Shown here in pieces: positions 1 through 9,370 of a stretch of DNA of 64,000 bases; position 1 is the stretch's first letter, and each line of letters opens with the position of its first letter. A program made the translations under genes and the position numbers. The notes beneath the pieces were generated by a model. The model was not told the origin of the DNA, made no database searches, and was given only the letters and a program-made list of their open reading frames with translations. The DNA comes from Thermodesulfobacteriota bacterium. GTDB lineage: Bacteria > Desulfobacterota_D > UBA1144 > Nemesobacterales > Mycalebacteriaceae. The stretch spans positions 512,001 to 576,000 of the forward strand of contig OZ245366.1 of the NCBI GenBank assembly GCA_965226585.1. Reading direction: 5' to 3'.

Positions 1-81
1 GAGAAAAGATTGGATGGTAAACCTGCCAAACTAGTTTTTGATTGCGATAAGCAAACTTCACGTAAGGTAGGTGTATCATAG
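1..81 (+). CDS. 3' end of an upstream gene, partial (EKRLDGKPAKLVFDCDKQTSRKVGVS*)
   Basis: Frame 1 is open from base 1 to TAG at 79-81 and overlaps the start of the next ORF; too short to assign. Confidence 0.4.
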   Translation, partial: EKRLDGKPAKLVFDCDKQTSRKVGVS

Positions 82-700
82 GGTGATTATAGACTTTCCT
101 GAGGCACAAACATATATTGCCAAGATAATTTCACAATATGTCAATAGACAAATTCGTGAACGCTCTAAATTGCTTTCAATGATGAATCCGGTACATGTCG
201 TACATGAGGGTGACAGAATTGGAATTCACCGTGAAGATGGGAGCCGTGAGTCTAAACCACTTACGCTTCATAAGAGTGAGGTCCAAATAACAGGTGATAA
301 TGGGGTTGCAATTGGAGCAGAAGAACTGGTAAAAGGTCTTGATGATATGGTCGGGGATATGTCTCGTCAACTTGAAAAAAGTGTTGTGAGTGGAATACAA
401 GATATCGCCGAGAAAGGCGAGAATACAGTCTCAGGCAGTATGGACAATATTGAAAGTATGCAAGATATGCTTCTTCAATCAATGGAGAATATGCATATTG
501 ATTTCAAAGATGGTGATCGCAATAAGCCAATACTCCCAAGTTTGCTTGTTCACCCCACTATGGGTTCAAAACTCGCCGAACTTGCATCAGGAGAGACGCA
601 GATACAAAAAGATAACTTTAAGGAACGCGAAAAAAAGATATTGGATGAAAAATATAAGGATTACATAAATGATATCAATTCTCGTATTATCGTAGATTGA
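71..700 (+). CDS. Hypothetical protein (209 aa), possible truncated HK97/encapsulin-like fold
   Basis: Long ORF coupled to its neighbours (overlaps upstream stop, 1 nt before next ATG); the fold call is by-eye pattern only. Confidence 0.75.
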   Translation: MYHRVIIDFPEAQTYIAKIISQYVNRQIRERSKLLSMMNPVHVVHEGDRIGIHREDGSRESKPLTLHKSEVQITGDNGVAIGAEELVKGLDDMVGDMSRQLEKSVVSGIQDIAEKGENTVSGSMDNIESMQDMLLQSMENMHIDFKDGDRNKPILPSLLVHPTMGSKLAELASGETQIQKDNFKEREKKILDEKYKDYINDINSRIIVD

Positions 701-701
701 T

Positions 702-2318
702 ATGTGCAGTAGTAACAATCAAAATAGAGACCCTTTTTTACAGAGAGCTATTGAATACTGGCTAGATTCTGCAAACGAACTTGGCTATCAGCCACTTTTC
801 TGTGAGTCATTGATAAACAAAGGGTATAGTCTCAAATATTCAATTAAAAATACGAGTTTTGAACAGGGAAAGGATGTTGTTGCAGTTGATTCTGAAGGAA
901 TACCCCATGCTTATCAATTAAAGGGTGGAAAGATAACTTTGGATAGGTGGAGAAGAGAAGTTAGACCTGAGATAGAGGCATTAATTGATTGTCCAATAGA
1001 GCATCCTGAAATTAAAAAAGAAGACATGCATGAGTCTCACCTCGTTACTAATGGTGAGTTAGATGATAGTGTTAGGGTTGAAATAAATAGCCTCAATTCC
1101 AAGAAATGGAAGGAAACTCCTCTGCGTTTAGAAACAAGAGGGGATTTGCTAAGTGCTTTTCAGAAAATGGCAGAAGGGATGTTTCCTATTGATGCGCAAA
1201 TGTACAGACAAATTGTTGATTTAATGTTTGTGGATGGAGAGGGTTCTCCTAATCTGGATCGAGTAAACAATTTTCTTGTTGGGATTCTACAAATAAACAA
1301 AGACGGTAAAGTTCCAAAAGAGCAGAGGAAAAGAGATATAGCGGCAGCACTTCTTTACTCAACAATTTTTGTAGGGCATTACAGAAAAATGGAAAACCAT
1401 ATTTCCGTTGTCCGGATAATGGTTTTGTTGCTTTCTCTAATCTTTCATTTAGTCGACAAGCATAATCTTGAAGACAAGTATTGGATTGATTCCTACAAAA
1501 TCATCTGGAATGACATTGTTGAAACATTAAAATTATTAGAAGGTGAAATTAAAGATGGTTCTCTTCATAGAATTCCTGAAGACCCTCTGAAGAGTGGACT
1601 CAAGCAATTTAGAGAGCATGGAGCAGTTTCCCTCCTGCTTTCCCTTCAATTGGCAGAATGTATCTCAAACAAAGAAAAACGTAACGATATAGTTGATTAC
1701 TTAACTCAAGTAGATATAAACAAACATATTTTACTCTGGGGAGAATCTTCTTTAGTCCCCTACATTTTTATGTCGTTGATATTAAAGGTTCAAGAACCAA
1801 AATTCGCGTCTGATATTTTGAAAAATGCAGCATTAGAGATAATCAGACATAATGGAAGAACATCTAATGAAAAACTAGGTCTGCTTTCTCCTTATTATGA
1901 TATAGATTATGCAGTAAAAATAAAATTCGATTTGTTGGAGAAAGAATTCGAGGATCATACACCTCTGCATTCTTATTTTTTAAATCCTCTCGTTCACCTG
2001 CTTGCAAGATTTCAAGAAAGAGCTTTTCTTTCTAGTGTTTGGAAGGAGATTTCCTTCATATATTTTGAAGAGTTTGTATTTGATAATAACATAGACTATT
2101 ACCTTTGGAGATCCCAAAGAGGGGAAAATCTTACCACCGCTCCACAGAAACAGCAAAGTTGGTCGGATCTAGAGAATAAATCTTCTCAAACCAGTAGTGA
2201 TATGCCTCCGAAAACGATGCAAAGATTTCCAGAATTTTTACCACTTTTCCTCTCAGTATTTCCTTTCAGATTAAATTCTCAAACACTATGTTTTTTGGAC
2301 AGTCAAATTAATGGCTAA
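702..2318 (+). CDS. Putative restriction-endonuclease-fold (Mrr-like PD-(D/E)xK) protein with large helical C-terminal region
   Basis: N-terminal E...EQGKDVVA...AYQLK fits the D-x(n)-Q-x-K nuclease motif; 538-aa ORF. Confidence 0.6.
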   Translation: MCSSNNQNRDPFLQRAIEYWLDSANELGYQPLFCESLINKGYSLKYSIKNTSFEQGKDVVAVDSEGIPHAYQLKGGKITLDRWRREVRPEIEALIDCPIEHPEIKKEDMHESHLVTNGELDDSVRVEINSLNSKKWKETPLRLETRGDLLSAFQKMAEGMFPIDAQMYRQIVDLMFVDGEGSPNLDRVNNFLVGILQINKDGKVPKEQRKRDIAAALLYSTIFVGHYRKMENHISVVRIMVLLLSLIFHLVDKHNLEDKYWIDSYKIIWNDIVETLKLLEGEIKDGSLHRIPEDPLKSGLKQFREHGAVSLLLSLQLAECISNKEKRNDIVDYLTQVDINKHILLWGESSLVPYIFMSLILKVQEPKFASDILKNAALEIIRHNGRTSNEKLGLLSPYYDIDYAVKIKFDLLEKEFEDHTPLHSYFLNPLVHLLARFQERAFLSSVWKEISFIYFEEFVFDNNIDYYLWRSQRGENLTTAPQKQQSWSDLENKSSQTSSDMPPKTMQRFPEFLPLFLSVFPFRLNSQTLCFLDSQING

Positions 2319-2367
2319 TTCAGGAGGTTGCCAAATTTGTCTTTTTCCCGGCATTGTTTTAGGTATT

Positions 2368-3459
2368 TCACCCCATCTCATACCCCGTACTCCTTCCGCC
2401 TTCTTTGCTTTTCTTTAATATCTTCAACTCAATCAGCGCGTTAATATCCCTTTGCGCGGTGTCTTGGGAGCATTTTCCCATCTTTGCCCACTTTGACGAA
2501 GTGAGTTTGCCCTTGAAGTTTCCGTCCAGAAGCAAGTTCAAAATCTTTGTCTGCCTGCTGTTGAAAGGCACCTCAGCGTATTCCTCCCAAAAACGCGCCT
2601 TATGCAGGATTGCCGACAGCATTTTGTCGGAACCCGCTATGGAACGTTTGAGACAACCCAGAAACCAACTCAGCCATTTTGTAATATCAACTCCGCTGTT
2701 TTGCGTTTCCTCAAGCTGTCTGTAGTAGTCCTGCCTCTCTTCCATTATCTGCGTGGACATACTGTAAAAACGTTGCGATGTTTCCTCGGAACGGGCAAGA
2801 GCCATCTCCGCTATCGCCCTTGTTGTGCGCCCGTTCCCGTCATCAAACGGGTGGATAATTACAAACCACAGGTGAGCAACCGCCGCTTTAATCACCGGAT
2901 CCATTGAAGACGGCGAGTTAAACCACGAAAGAAAATCATCCATCTCCTTCGGAACCCGCTCTGCGGGCGGAGCAACAAAATGAACCCTCATCCTTCCCTC
3001 GCGCCCCGATACAACCTGAACTCCGTGAGTACGCCACTTTCCGGTTGTTATCTTGTGAAAACCACTGCGCCCGTCCGGGAAAAGAGAAGCGTGCCAGCCG
3101 AAAAGCCGCTTTTTTGTGAGCGTTTTGTCAAAATTTGTTGTGGCGTCAATCAGTATCTCCACTATGCCGTCCACCTCACGCCCGTACGGTTTGCCCTCAT
3201 ACGTATCTATTCCCAAACGCCGCGCAACGGATGAACGAACCTCCTCAACATCAAGAAACTCCCCCTCAATTTCACTGGTTTTGATAATCTCTCCCGACAG
3301 AGTCCGGAAAGCGGCGTCACGCCTCAGATTAAAACCGAGACCGCTCATGCGTCCCAGCAAAAGCCCCTGCGTGCGGTGAACCTCCGCCAAAAGAGCAGAC
3401 AACTCGCCGTCATCCCACTTCAAAAGGGGCCAACCCTTTTCTTCCCATAAATACGGCAT
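2368..3459 (-). CDS. fic: Fic family protein (DUF4172-type N-terminus, C-terminal wHTH)
   Basis: HPFDDGNGRTTR catalytic motif, N-terminal TSEIEG inhibitory motif (class II), C-terminal SQDTAQRDINAL HTH. Start moved to MPYLWE because the longer start lies within the palindrome array. Confidence 0.9.
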   Translation of the reverse strand: MPYLWEEKGWPLLKWDDGELSALLAEVHRTQGLLLGRMSGLGFNLRRDAAFRTLSGEIIKTSEIEGEFLDVEEVRSSVARRLGIDTYEGKPYGREVDGIVEILIDATTNFDKTLTKKRLFGWHASLFPDGRSGFHKITTGKWRTHGVQVVSGREGRMRVHFVAPPAERVPKEMDDFLSWFNSPSSMDPVIKAAVAHLWFVIIHPFDDGNGRTTRAIAEMALARSEETSQRFYSMSTQIMEERQDYYRQLEETQNSGVDITKWLSWFLGCLKRSIAGSDKMLSAILHKARFWEEYAEVPFNSRQTKILNLLLDGNFKGKLTSSKWAKMGKCSQDTAQRDINALIELKILKKSKEGGRSTGYEMG

Positions 3460-3471
3460 ATTGTGAACCTC

Positions 3472-3571
3472 TGCGGAGATTAATGTTGCTATTCTCCGCA
3501 TATTTTGCGGAGAATATAGCCCGCATTCACCGCAAAATCAACCTTAATCTCCGCACATTCTGCGGAGATTA
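3472..3571. promoter_or_regulatory. Operator-like array TCTCCGCA-N5-TGCGGAGA upstream of fic
   Basis: Two perfect 11-bp inverted repeats with 5-nt spacers (3490-3516, 3545-3571) plus a half site at 3472-3482. Confidence 0.7.
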
Positions 3572-3576
3572 GCAAT

Positions 3577-3634
3577 TTCTATGACTCATAATTTGGGGGT
3601 TTTATGAGTCATAGAACAGTTTCCTATGACTCAT
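3577..3634. repeat. 15-bp inverted repeat plus a third CTATGACTCAT copy overlapping the thiE stop
   Basis: TTCTATGACTCATAA (3577-3591) and TTATGAGTCATAGAA (3602-3616); third copy at 3624-3634. Confidence 0.8.
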
Positions 3635-4256
3635 CATTAAAAAACCCCGCCAGTTTTCGCGCCGCAGTTTCGGGGTCTTTCTCCCCAAATATTGCCGTGA
3701 TGACGGCTATTCCGTCCACTCCGGTTTTCAGCACATCGGCGGCGTTTTCGGGGGTTATTCCGCCAATCGCGAAAACGGGGATGGTCAGTTTCGCTTTTGC
3801 CTCGCGCAAAACCTCAAACGGGGTCGGTTTTCTGCCGGGCTTTGTGGGAGTGAAATACGGAGTTCCAAAAGCCGCGTAATCCGCCCCCGCTTTTTCGGCG
3901 GCAACCGCCCTTTCAATATCCCCGTAGCATGAAACGCCTATAATCGCCCCGCCGCCAAGCAGTTCTCTCGCCTCACAAACGGTTTTGTCTCCGCCGCCGA
4001 GATGAACCCCGTCCGCGCCCGCCTTTTTCGCAATCTCAGGGCTGTCATTGATTATGAACGGAACTCCGTATCTCCGCGCAATCGCGGCAAGGGCTTTTCC
4101 CTTTCCGGCTGTCTCATCTGCGCTTGAGTTTTTATCGCGCAGTTGAACAACCCTCGCCCCGCCTTTTATCGCGGCTTCAACGGAGCGGGCAAAACCGCCT
4201 TCCGGAATCAGCTTTTCATCCGTAATTGCGTAGAGTCCGCGCAGGGAAAAGTTCAT
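3624..4256 (-). CDS. thiE: Thiamine-phosphate synthase
   Basis: LYAITD, VQLRDK, IIND, ADGVHLG, AIGGI motifs. Confidence 0.95.
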   Translation of the reverse strand: MNFSLRGLYAITDEKLIPEGGFARSVEAAIKGGARVVQLRDKNSSADETAGKGKALAAIARRYGVPFIINDSPEIAKKAGADGVHLGGGDKTVCEARELLGGGAIIGVSCYGDIERAVAAEKAGADYAAFGTPYFTPTKPGRKPTPFEVLREAKAKLTIPVFAIGGITPENAADVLKTGVDGIAVITAIFGEKDPETAARKLAGFFNDES

Positions 4257-4265
4257 CGCGGTTTT

Positions 4266-5660
4266 TCAGTTTCCTTCAATGTGTTTGAAAATTGCGTCTT
4301 TCACAACGTCATAACTGTTGGGCAGTTCCAGAGGCTGATTGCGGAACGTTTTGTTCGCGCCCTTTATCTTCCCCTCGTGATACCCGATTTTGAACTCAAC
4401 AAACTTCAGCCCGTGCGCCGTGGAGATAATCACCACCTTGTCTTTCTTTTTGAAAGTTCCCCGCGCCTGAAGTTTAAGGAAAACGGCAAGTGCCACACCC
4501 GTGTGCGGGCAGTTGAATGTGCCGGTTTTATCCGCCATCGCAGAAGCGTCTGACAGCTCTTTTTCAGATGCCTGCTCCACAATTCCGTCAAACTCCCGCA
4601 AGGTTTTTATCGCCTTGTTCACGCTCACCGGGTTTCCAATCTGAATCGCGTTGGCAAGCGTTTTCTTTGCCTTCACGGGCTTGAACTCTTTGAATCCTTT
4701 TTTGTAACTCAAGTAAAGCGGGTTGGCGTTTTGAGACTGCGCGCAAACGATGCGGGGCAGTTTTTTTATCAGCCCCAAGTCGCGCATAAGCAGAAATCCC
4801 TTTCCCAGCGCGGACACATTTCCGAGGTTTCCGCCCGGAATTATAATCCAGTCCGGCACGTCCCATTTGAACTGCTGGCAAAGCTCAATGCTGATGGTTT
4901 TCTGCCCTTCAATCCGCAAAGAGTTTATGGAGTTCGCCAGATATATGTTGTTTTCCTGCGTAACTTTCTGAACCATTTTCATACAGCCGTCAAAATCGGT
5001 ATCAAGAGAAAGCACCATCGCGCCGTTTGAAATTGGCTGAACAAGTTGAGCGAGAGAAACCTTTCCTCTCGGCAGAAACACAATCGCCGGAATATCAGCC
5101 GCCGCGCAATAAGCCGCCAGAGCGGCGGAGGTGTCTCCCGTTGAGGCGCAGGCGACCGCCGGAATGTCGCGGTTTTTTTTGCGCATATGCTGAACAACGG
5201 AAACAAGAACCGTCATTCCGAGGTCTTTGAAAGAGCCCGTGTGGCTGTTTCCGCACATCTTTATCCAGATGTCATTCATTCCCACCTGTTTGCCGAACCT
5301 CTCCGCCCAGAACAGATTTGTTGAGCCCTCATACATTGAGACGATGTCTTCATCCTTCACCACCGGGCAGACCCATTCTTTTTTGCCCCACACCGAACTG
5401 CCGAAGGGCCATGACTGATTTTTGTAGCGTTCGTCAAAGATGTTTTTCCACTCTTGCGGAGGCGTTTGGGCAAGCAGTTCCCTGTCGTGCGTTACTTCAA
5501 GCAGTTCGCCGCATTCACCGCAACGGTAGATAACTTCGTCAATTTCGTAGGTTTTGCCGCATTCGGGGTTGATGCAACTGAGCCATGCCCTGTAGACGGG
5601 TTTTTTTCCGGAGAGCTTTTTTTTGCGGGTGCTTCGGGAACCCGGAGAGGTGTTGGGCAT
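4266..5660 (-). CDS. thrC: Threonine synthase (plant/cyanobacterial-type)
   Basis: SHTGSFKDLGM PLP lysine, CASTGDTSA, PGGNLGN, STAHGLKF. Confidence 0.95.
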   Translation of the reverse strand: MPNTSPGSRSTRKKKLSGKKPVYRAWLSCINPECGKTYEIDEVIYRCGECGELLEVTHDRELLAQTPPQEWKNIFDERYKNQSWPFGSSVWGKKEWVCPVVKDEDIVSMYEGSTNLFWAERFGKQVGMNDIWIKMCGNSHTGSFKDLGMTVLVSVVQHMRKKNRDIPAVACASTGDTSAALAAYCAAADIPAIVFLPRGKVSLAQLVQPISNGAMVLSLDTDFDGCMKMVQKVTQENNIYLANSINSLRIEGQKTISIELCQQFKWDVPDWIIIPGGNLGNVSALGKGFLLMRDLGLIKKLPRIVCAQSQNANPLYLSYKKGFKEFKPVKAKKTLANAIQIGNPVSVNKAIKTLREFDGIVEQASEKELSDASAMADKTGTFNCPHTGVALAVFLKLQARGTFKKKDKVVIISTAHGLKFVEFKIGYHEGKIKGANKTFRNQPLELPNSYDVVKDAIFKHIEGN

Positions 5661-5665
5661 AGCGA

Positions 5666-5695
5666 AAAATACCGCACGAAACGGGCGGGTGTCAA
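5666..5695 (-). promoter_or_regulatory. sigma70-like promoter for thrC-thiE, probably leaderless
   Basis: TTGACA-N18-TATTTT ending 5 nt before the ATG; no SD. Confidence 0.55.
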
Positions 5696-5710
5696 TCTCT
5701 GGGCGCGGAT

Positions 5711-8113
5711 TTAGAACAGATACTTCAGGCGCAAGCCAATCCTTCTCGGCTCCGTAACGGTTCTGGCGTATATGCGGATGGAAAAGCCGTCTCTGAGGCT
5801 GAATAATGGGTCGTTCAGAAGTGGCACGCCGTTCACGGCGCTGGTTGCCGAGTATTTGTTGAACAGGTTTTCCGCGAATGCGGAGAGCTTCATCCGTCCG
5901 ACTGAAACCGAAGCCGAAAGGTTGTGAACCCCGTAGCCGCCGAATTTGTCGCGGTAGTTCCCGTGCCCTCTGAAGAATTTGGATGTGCGCGAGTATCCGT
6001 AGAGAAAGTCCACGGGCGCGCCCGCCAGAGCGGTTTTGTAGAGCGCGAGCAAACTTGCCGTGTGCTCCGGCGCGTACGGGATTACCTCGTTATGCCCGTC
6101 TTCGGTATTCAGATAGCTCCACGAGCCGCGAATCTCCGCCTCTTCAAACGGCTTCAACACAAGCGAGAATTCCAGACCGGCGGTTTCGGCTTCCCCCTCA
6201 TTAACGGTGATTGCCTCGCCGCTTCCGGTGGATGCGGCAATCGTCTGAATGTCTTTCCATTGCGCGCTGAAAACCGCCGCGTCCGCTTCCACCGCGCCGC
6301 CAAGCCATGAGCCGCGAAACCCGATTTCGTAATTTGCCACGCTGTCCGGCATGAAGCTCACCTCATTCGGCTGAAGGCAACTTGCCTGCACGGTTTCGCC
6401 TTCCCCGGCGCCGAGATGCTGACTGCAGACCGGAAGCCGGTTGCGCCCGCCCAGCCGGTAGCCGCCCGCCCGCGTGAAATACGCGAAAAAGTTTTCCCGC
6501 ATTTTCATCTCCATTTTCACGCTGTAGACCGCGCCGCTGTCTTCACTGCCGAATTTTGAGTAGGGCGAGTCGTGCTCTCCGGTCCCGCCGTTTTCTCCGG
6601 GCGTGAACGGAAAGCGGGTGAACCCTTCAACCGTTCCCTCATACGAATACCACCGCCCGCCCGCGCTGATTTTCAGCCACCGGTCGAAAAGCGAGCGCGA
6701 AACCTCGCCGAACACGGCTTTTTCCGTATTCCGGTTGCGCTCTTCCGTTTCATATTCAAGCGTTTTGTCTGCGGCGTCAAAATCCGCAAGATTGAAAAAA
6801 TCCACAAGTCCGGGCGTGAACTCCTTTTGCGCGTCCGTATCGTCATTCTCCTCATAGAAAAGCCCCGCCGCAAATCTCCACTTGCCAATGTCATCTGACT
6901 CGGCGCGTATTTCAAAGCGCGTGTTTTCAATCTCAAAGTTGTCAACCGTAAGGGCGGAAAACTCCCGGAAACAGAAAGCGGCGGCGGTGGCGGGGTTACC
7001 GCACACACTCAAATCCGGCTGTCCGTTTTCGAGATAGGGCGAATAGTCGGCGTCATTTTCGTCTGCGTAGGGCGCAACCGTGCCGTGGGGCAGTAAGCCG
7101 CCGATGCCGAGCCACAGGAGCAGAAAATCCGTCTGGTCGCGCCAGCCCTCATACGAAAACTTTGAGTGTCCCGCCACGCCGGTGAACAGAACGGGACCTT
7201 TTTTCCATTTGAGGTTCGCGCTCCATATTTCGTTTTCAGAGTCGCCGGGTTCAAGGTAGCGGAATGCGGATTCATATTTTCCGGTGTTAAAATCGGAGAT
7301 TGTGTGGTTTGCCCGCCGCGCGCCGGATTCCTGTTTTTGTCTGTCGTATGACACGGCTGCCTCAATGTCTTCTGTCAACCGCCAGAGCAGTGAAAGGCGC
7401 GAGTACAGGGCTTTCTCATCATCCGCGTCTTTTTTCCTGCGCAGGTTGTCCGCCCGTGCGCTTTCGCCAAAATCCCTTGGGTCTGGCAGGGAAACTCCCG
7501 GTTCCCGCAGAAGGTAGTTGTAGTCAATAAATCCCGGCTCTCCGCTCCGCCGCACCGCGCCGCGAAAGGCAAGGCGGTTTTTCAAAACGGGCAGGTTGAC
7601 GATTGCGTCCGCTTCGTAGCCGTATCCGCCGCTCTTACTGCGAACATCTCCGCCCGCGCGGACGGACAGAGAAAATTTATCGGTATCCGGCTTGCGGGGA
7701 ATGTAATGCACCACGCCGCTCATAATGCCGGAGCCGTGCGCGACTCCCTGAGGTCCCTTAACGATTTCAACGCGTTCAAGGTCAAGCAGTTTCGGGTCTA
7801 TGCCGATAACCGGAAGTTCGCCGAGAAAGGCGGCGGAATGCGAGAAGCCGCGTATCAGCCGCAGGTTTTCTTCCCGTCCGCCCGTGTCAAAAACTGAAAA
7901 CCCCGCAACCCACGGCGACAAGTCCGAGATGTTGTCCGCGCCGAGCCGGTCAATTAAATCGCCGTCAATCAGAGTTACGGCGAAAGGTGTTTCAAAGAAG
8001 TTTTCCGTGTGCCATGTTTCCCTTGAGTAACCCGGCTCTGCGGTAAGGAGCAGGGCAAGGGAGACAAACAAGAAGTGGGTAAAAATGAGAGTTCTCGTCA
8101 TGATGTGCTTCAC
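5711..8113 (-). CDS. TonB-dependent outer membrane receptor
   Basis: Signal peptide, plug motif LERVEIVKGPQG, AENLFNK, C-terminal PRRIGLRLKYLF beta-signal. Confidence 0.92.
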   Translation of the reverse strand: MKHIMTRTLIFTHFLFVSLALLLTAEPGYSRETWHTENFFETPFAVTLIDGDLIDRLGADNISDLSPWVAGFSVFDTGGREENLRLIRGFSHSAAFLGELPVIGIDPKLLDLERVEIVKGPQGVAHGSGIMSGVVHYIPRKPDTDKFSLSVRAGGDVRSKSGGYGYEADAIVNLPVLKNRLAFRGAVRRSGEPGFIDYNYLLREPGVSLPDPRDFGESARADNLRRKKDADDEKALYSRLSLLWRLTEDIEAAVSYDRQKQESGARRANHTISDFNTGKYESAFRYLEPGDSENEIWSANLKWKKGPVLFTGVAGHSKFSYEGWRDQTDFLLLWLGIGGLLPHGTVAPYADENDADYSPYLENGQPDLSVCGNPATAAAFCFREFSALTVDNFEIENTRFEIRAESDDIGKWRFAAGLFYEENDDTDAQKEFTPGLVDFFNLADFDAADKTLEYETEERNRNTEKAVFGEVSRSLFDRWLKISAGGRWYSYEGTVEGFTRFPFTPGENGGTGEHDSPYSKFGSEDSGAVYSVKMEMKMRENFFAYFTRAGGYRLGGRNRLPVCSQHLGAGEGETVQASCLQPNEVSFMPDSVANYEIGFRGSWLGGAVEADAAVFSAQWKDIQTIAASTGSGEAITVNEGEAETAGLEFSLVLKPFEEAEIRGSWSYLNTEDGHNEVIPYAPEHTASLLALYKTALAGAPVDFLYGYSRTSKFFRGHGNYRDKFGGYGVHNLSASVSVGRMKLSAFAENLFNKYSATSAVNGVPLLNDPLFSLRDGFSIRIYARTVTEPRRIGLRLKYLF

Positions 8114-8150
8114 CGGGGCAATTTATACGACTTCTTCCCCGCCGTAAATC

Positions 8151-8179
8151 TTGACACAAAACGGCTTTTGAAACACAAT
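8151..8179 (+). promoter_or_regulatory. sigma70-like promoter of tRNA-Val(GAC)
   Basis: TTGACA-N17-CACAAT, 14 nt before the tRNA. Confidence 0.6.
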
Positions 8180-8193
8180 AGGCGGGCTTAAAA

Positions 8194-8265
8194 GAGCGCG
8201 TAGCTCAGCGGGAGAGCGCTTGCCCGACACGCAAGAGGTCGCTGGTTCGATCCCAGCCGCGCTCA
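8194..8265 (+). tRNA. tRNA-Val(GAC), CCA not encoded
   Basis: Acceptor GAGCGCG/CGCGCTC, D arm GCTC/GAGC, anticodon stem CTTGC/GCAAG with loop CCGACAC, T arm GCTGG-TTCGATC-CCAGC. Confidence 0.95.
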
Positions 8266-8279
8266 TGGAGGGAAATCTA

Positions 8280-8702
8280 TTGCTAAAGGATTACCAAGAA
8301 AGGACAGATTTTGGGTACATATTTCCCGCCAAGAGAAAGGACGGAAGTATGATTATGCTTGTCAGATTTGGAAGACATGATGGGAAGGGGTATGACTTTG
8401 AGCTACATTGTATATCTGCCGAACACCACAAGGAATGGTTAAAATTAGGACACGCACCATCAGACATTAAGACTGTTAGGCAACACGTCAGTGTTAGTCC
8501 ACATTGGGAGGACAGCAGTAAGTGGGTAGTAACTGATGTATCTGCGGATTACGACCAAAAAATTGTAGACTCAAGGGAAGATGCTTTTGCTGAGGCAATT
8601 CGTGCAATGACGGAAGATGATGACCCTATAAGGGAAAAGATTCCCGATGTTAATCACAGTATTAAATGGTGGATGGATGAAACCGCAAAGTTTGATTGGT
8701 GA
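8280..8702 (+). CDS. Hypothetical protein (~140 aa) coupled to the R-M pair
   Basis: GGAGG at 8267-8271 precedes TTG 8280; the track start at 8220 lies inside the tRNA; its stop overlaps the next GTG. Confidence 0.7.
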   Translation: MLKDYQERTDFGYIFPAKRKDGSMIMLVRFGRHDGKGYDFELHCISAEHHKEWLKLGHAPSDIKTVRQHVSVSPHWEDSSKWVVTDVSADYDQKIVDSREDAFAEAIRAMTEDDDPIREKIPDVNHSIKWWMDETAKFDW

Positions 8703-9370
8703 AAATGAACTCAGATCTTATAGAAGTCATCACAACTTACGCTACCAAGTCTCACGGAGACCTGAATGCCTTGTTATCTGGAAAGTCAAAAGACAACATC
8801 ACTTCTATTCTTGTTGACCTTCTCACCACTTACTACAATGACAAAAACTCATCAACTTTAAGAGAGTTTGTTCTGGTGTCCCTGAGTGGTTTTGAACAGA
8901 ACCTCGGTAAAATCGGCTATAACGGTTACAAGCATGAGAGTATTGGTAGCAAGACAAAATATTGCGAAGCGAAACCCAAGAATGTCAACACAAACGATCC
9001 GAAGCCAAAGAAGCTGAATGGCGGGGGAAACTTTACGGACTACACTTGGGCGAGACTGGAAAAAGATAAGTCGTCTAACCCAACAATGCTTGTTGGGGGC
9101 TTTATAGACGGACGCCTGATTTACATATTCAAGTTTCCTTTCAATTCAAAGGATTTTGTTGATAGGCTGGAGCACCAGTTAAAAAACAAGTTTCCTGACG
9201 GAGACGTAAGTGGATACTTTCTCAGAAGTGCTTCTTTTGGCTTAAAACACTACAAAAGTATTGCTAATTTGGATGTTGAAGTTTTTGTAAAAGAGCAAGA
9301 TTTACCTAAATATGAAAACAGCATTACAAAAGGGTTATACTCTTTCATAGAGGAGTCCTTTACCGAATAA
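8699..9370 (+). CDS. Putative type II restriction endonuclease
   Basis: Coupled (TAATG) to a DNA MTase; GYNGYK...CEAKP resembles a PD-(D/E)xK core. Start may be ATG 8705. Confidence 0.7.
   Translation: MKMNSDLIEVITTYATKSHGDLNALLSGKSKDNITSILVDLLTTYYNDKNSSTLREFVLVSLSGFEQNLGKIGYNGYKHESIGSKTKYCEAKPKNVNTNDPKPKKLNGGGNFTDYTWARLEKDKSSNPTMLVGGFIDGRLIYIFKFPFNSKDFVDRLEHQLKNKFPDGDVSGYFLRSASFGLKHYKSIANLDVEVFVKEQDLPKYENSITKGLYSFIEESFTE

Larger units (their letters stand above)
1..2330. mobile_element. AT-rich accessory/defence island (left end outside window)
   Basis: Visibly lower GC than the backbone, several CTAG tetramers that are rare in the core genes, and only hypothetical/nuclease-like genes; no integrase in view. 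Confidence 0.6.

Noticed and set aside
4257..4265. TPP riboswitch for thiE
   Set aside because: thiE is 9 nt downstream of thrC, and the thrC leader is minimal.
8220..8279. ORF-track start at 8220
   Set aside because: Lies inside tRNA-Val(GAC); a start at 8280 with an SD is more plausible.
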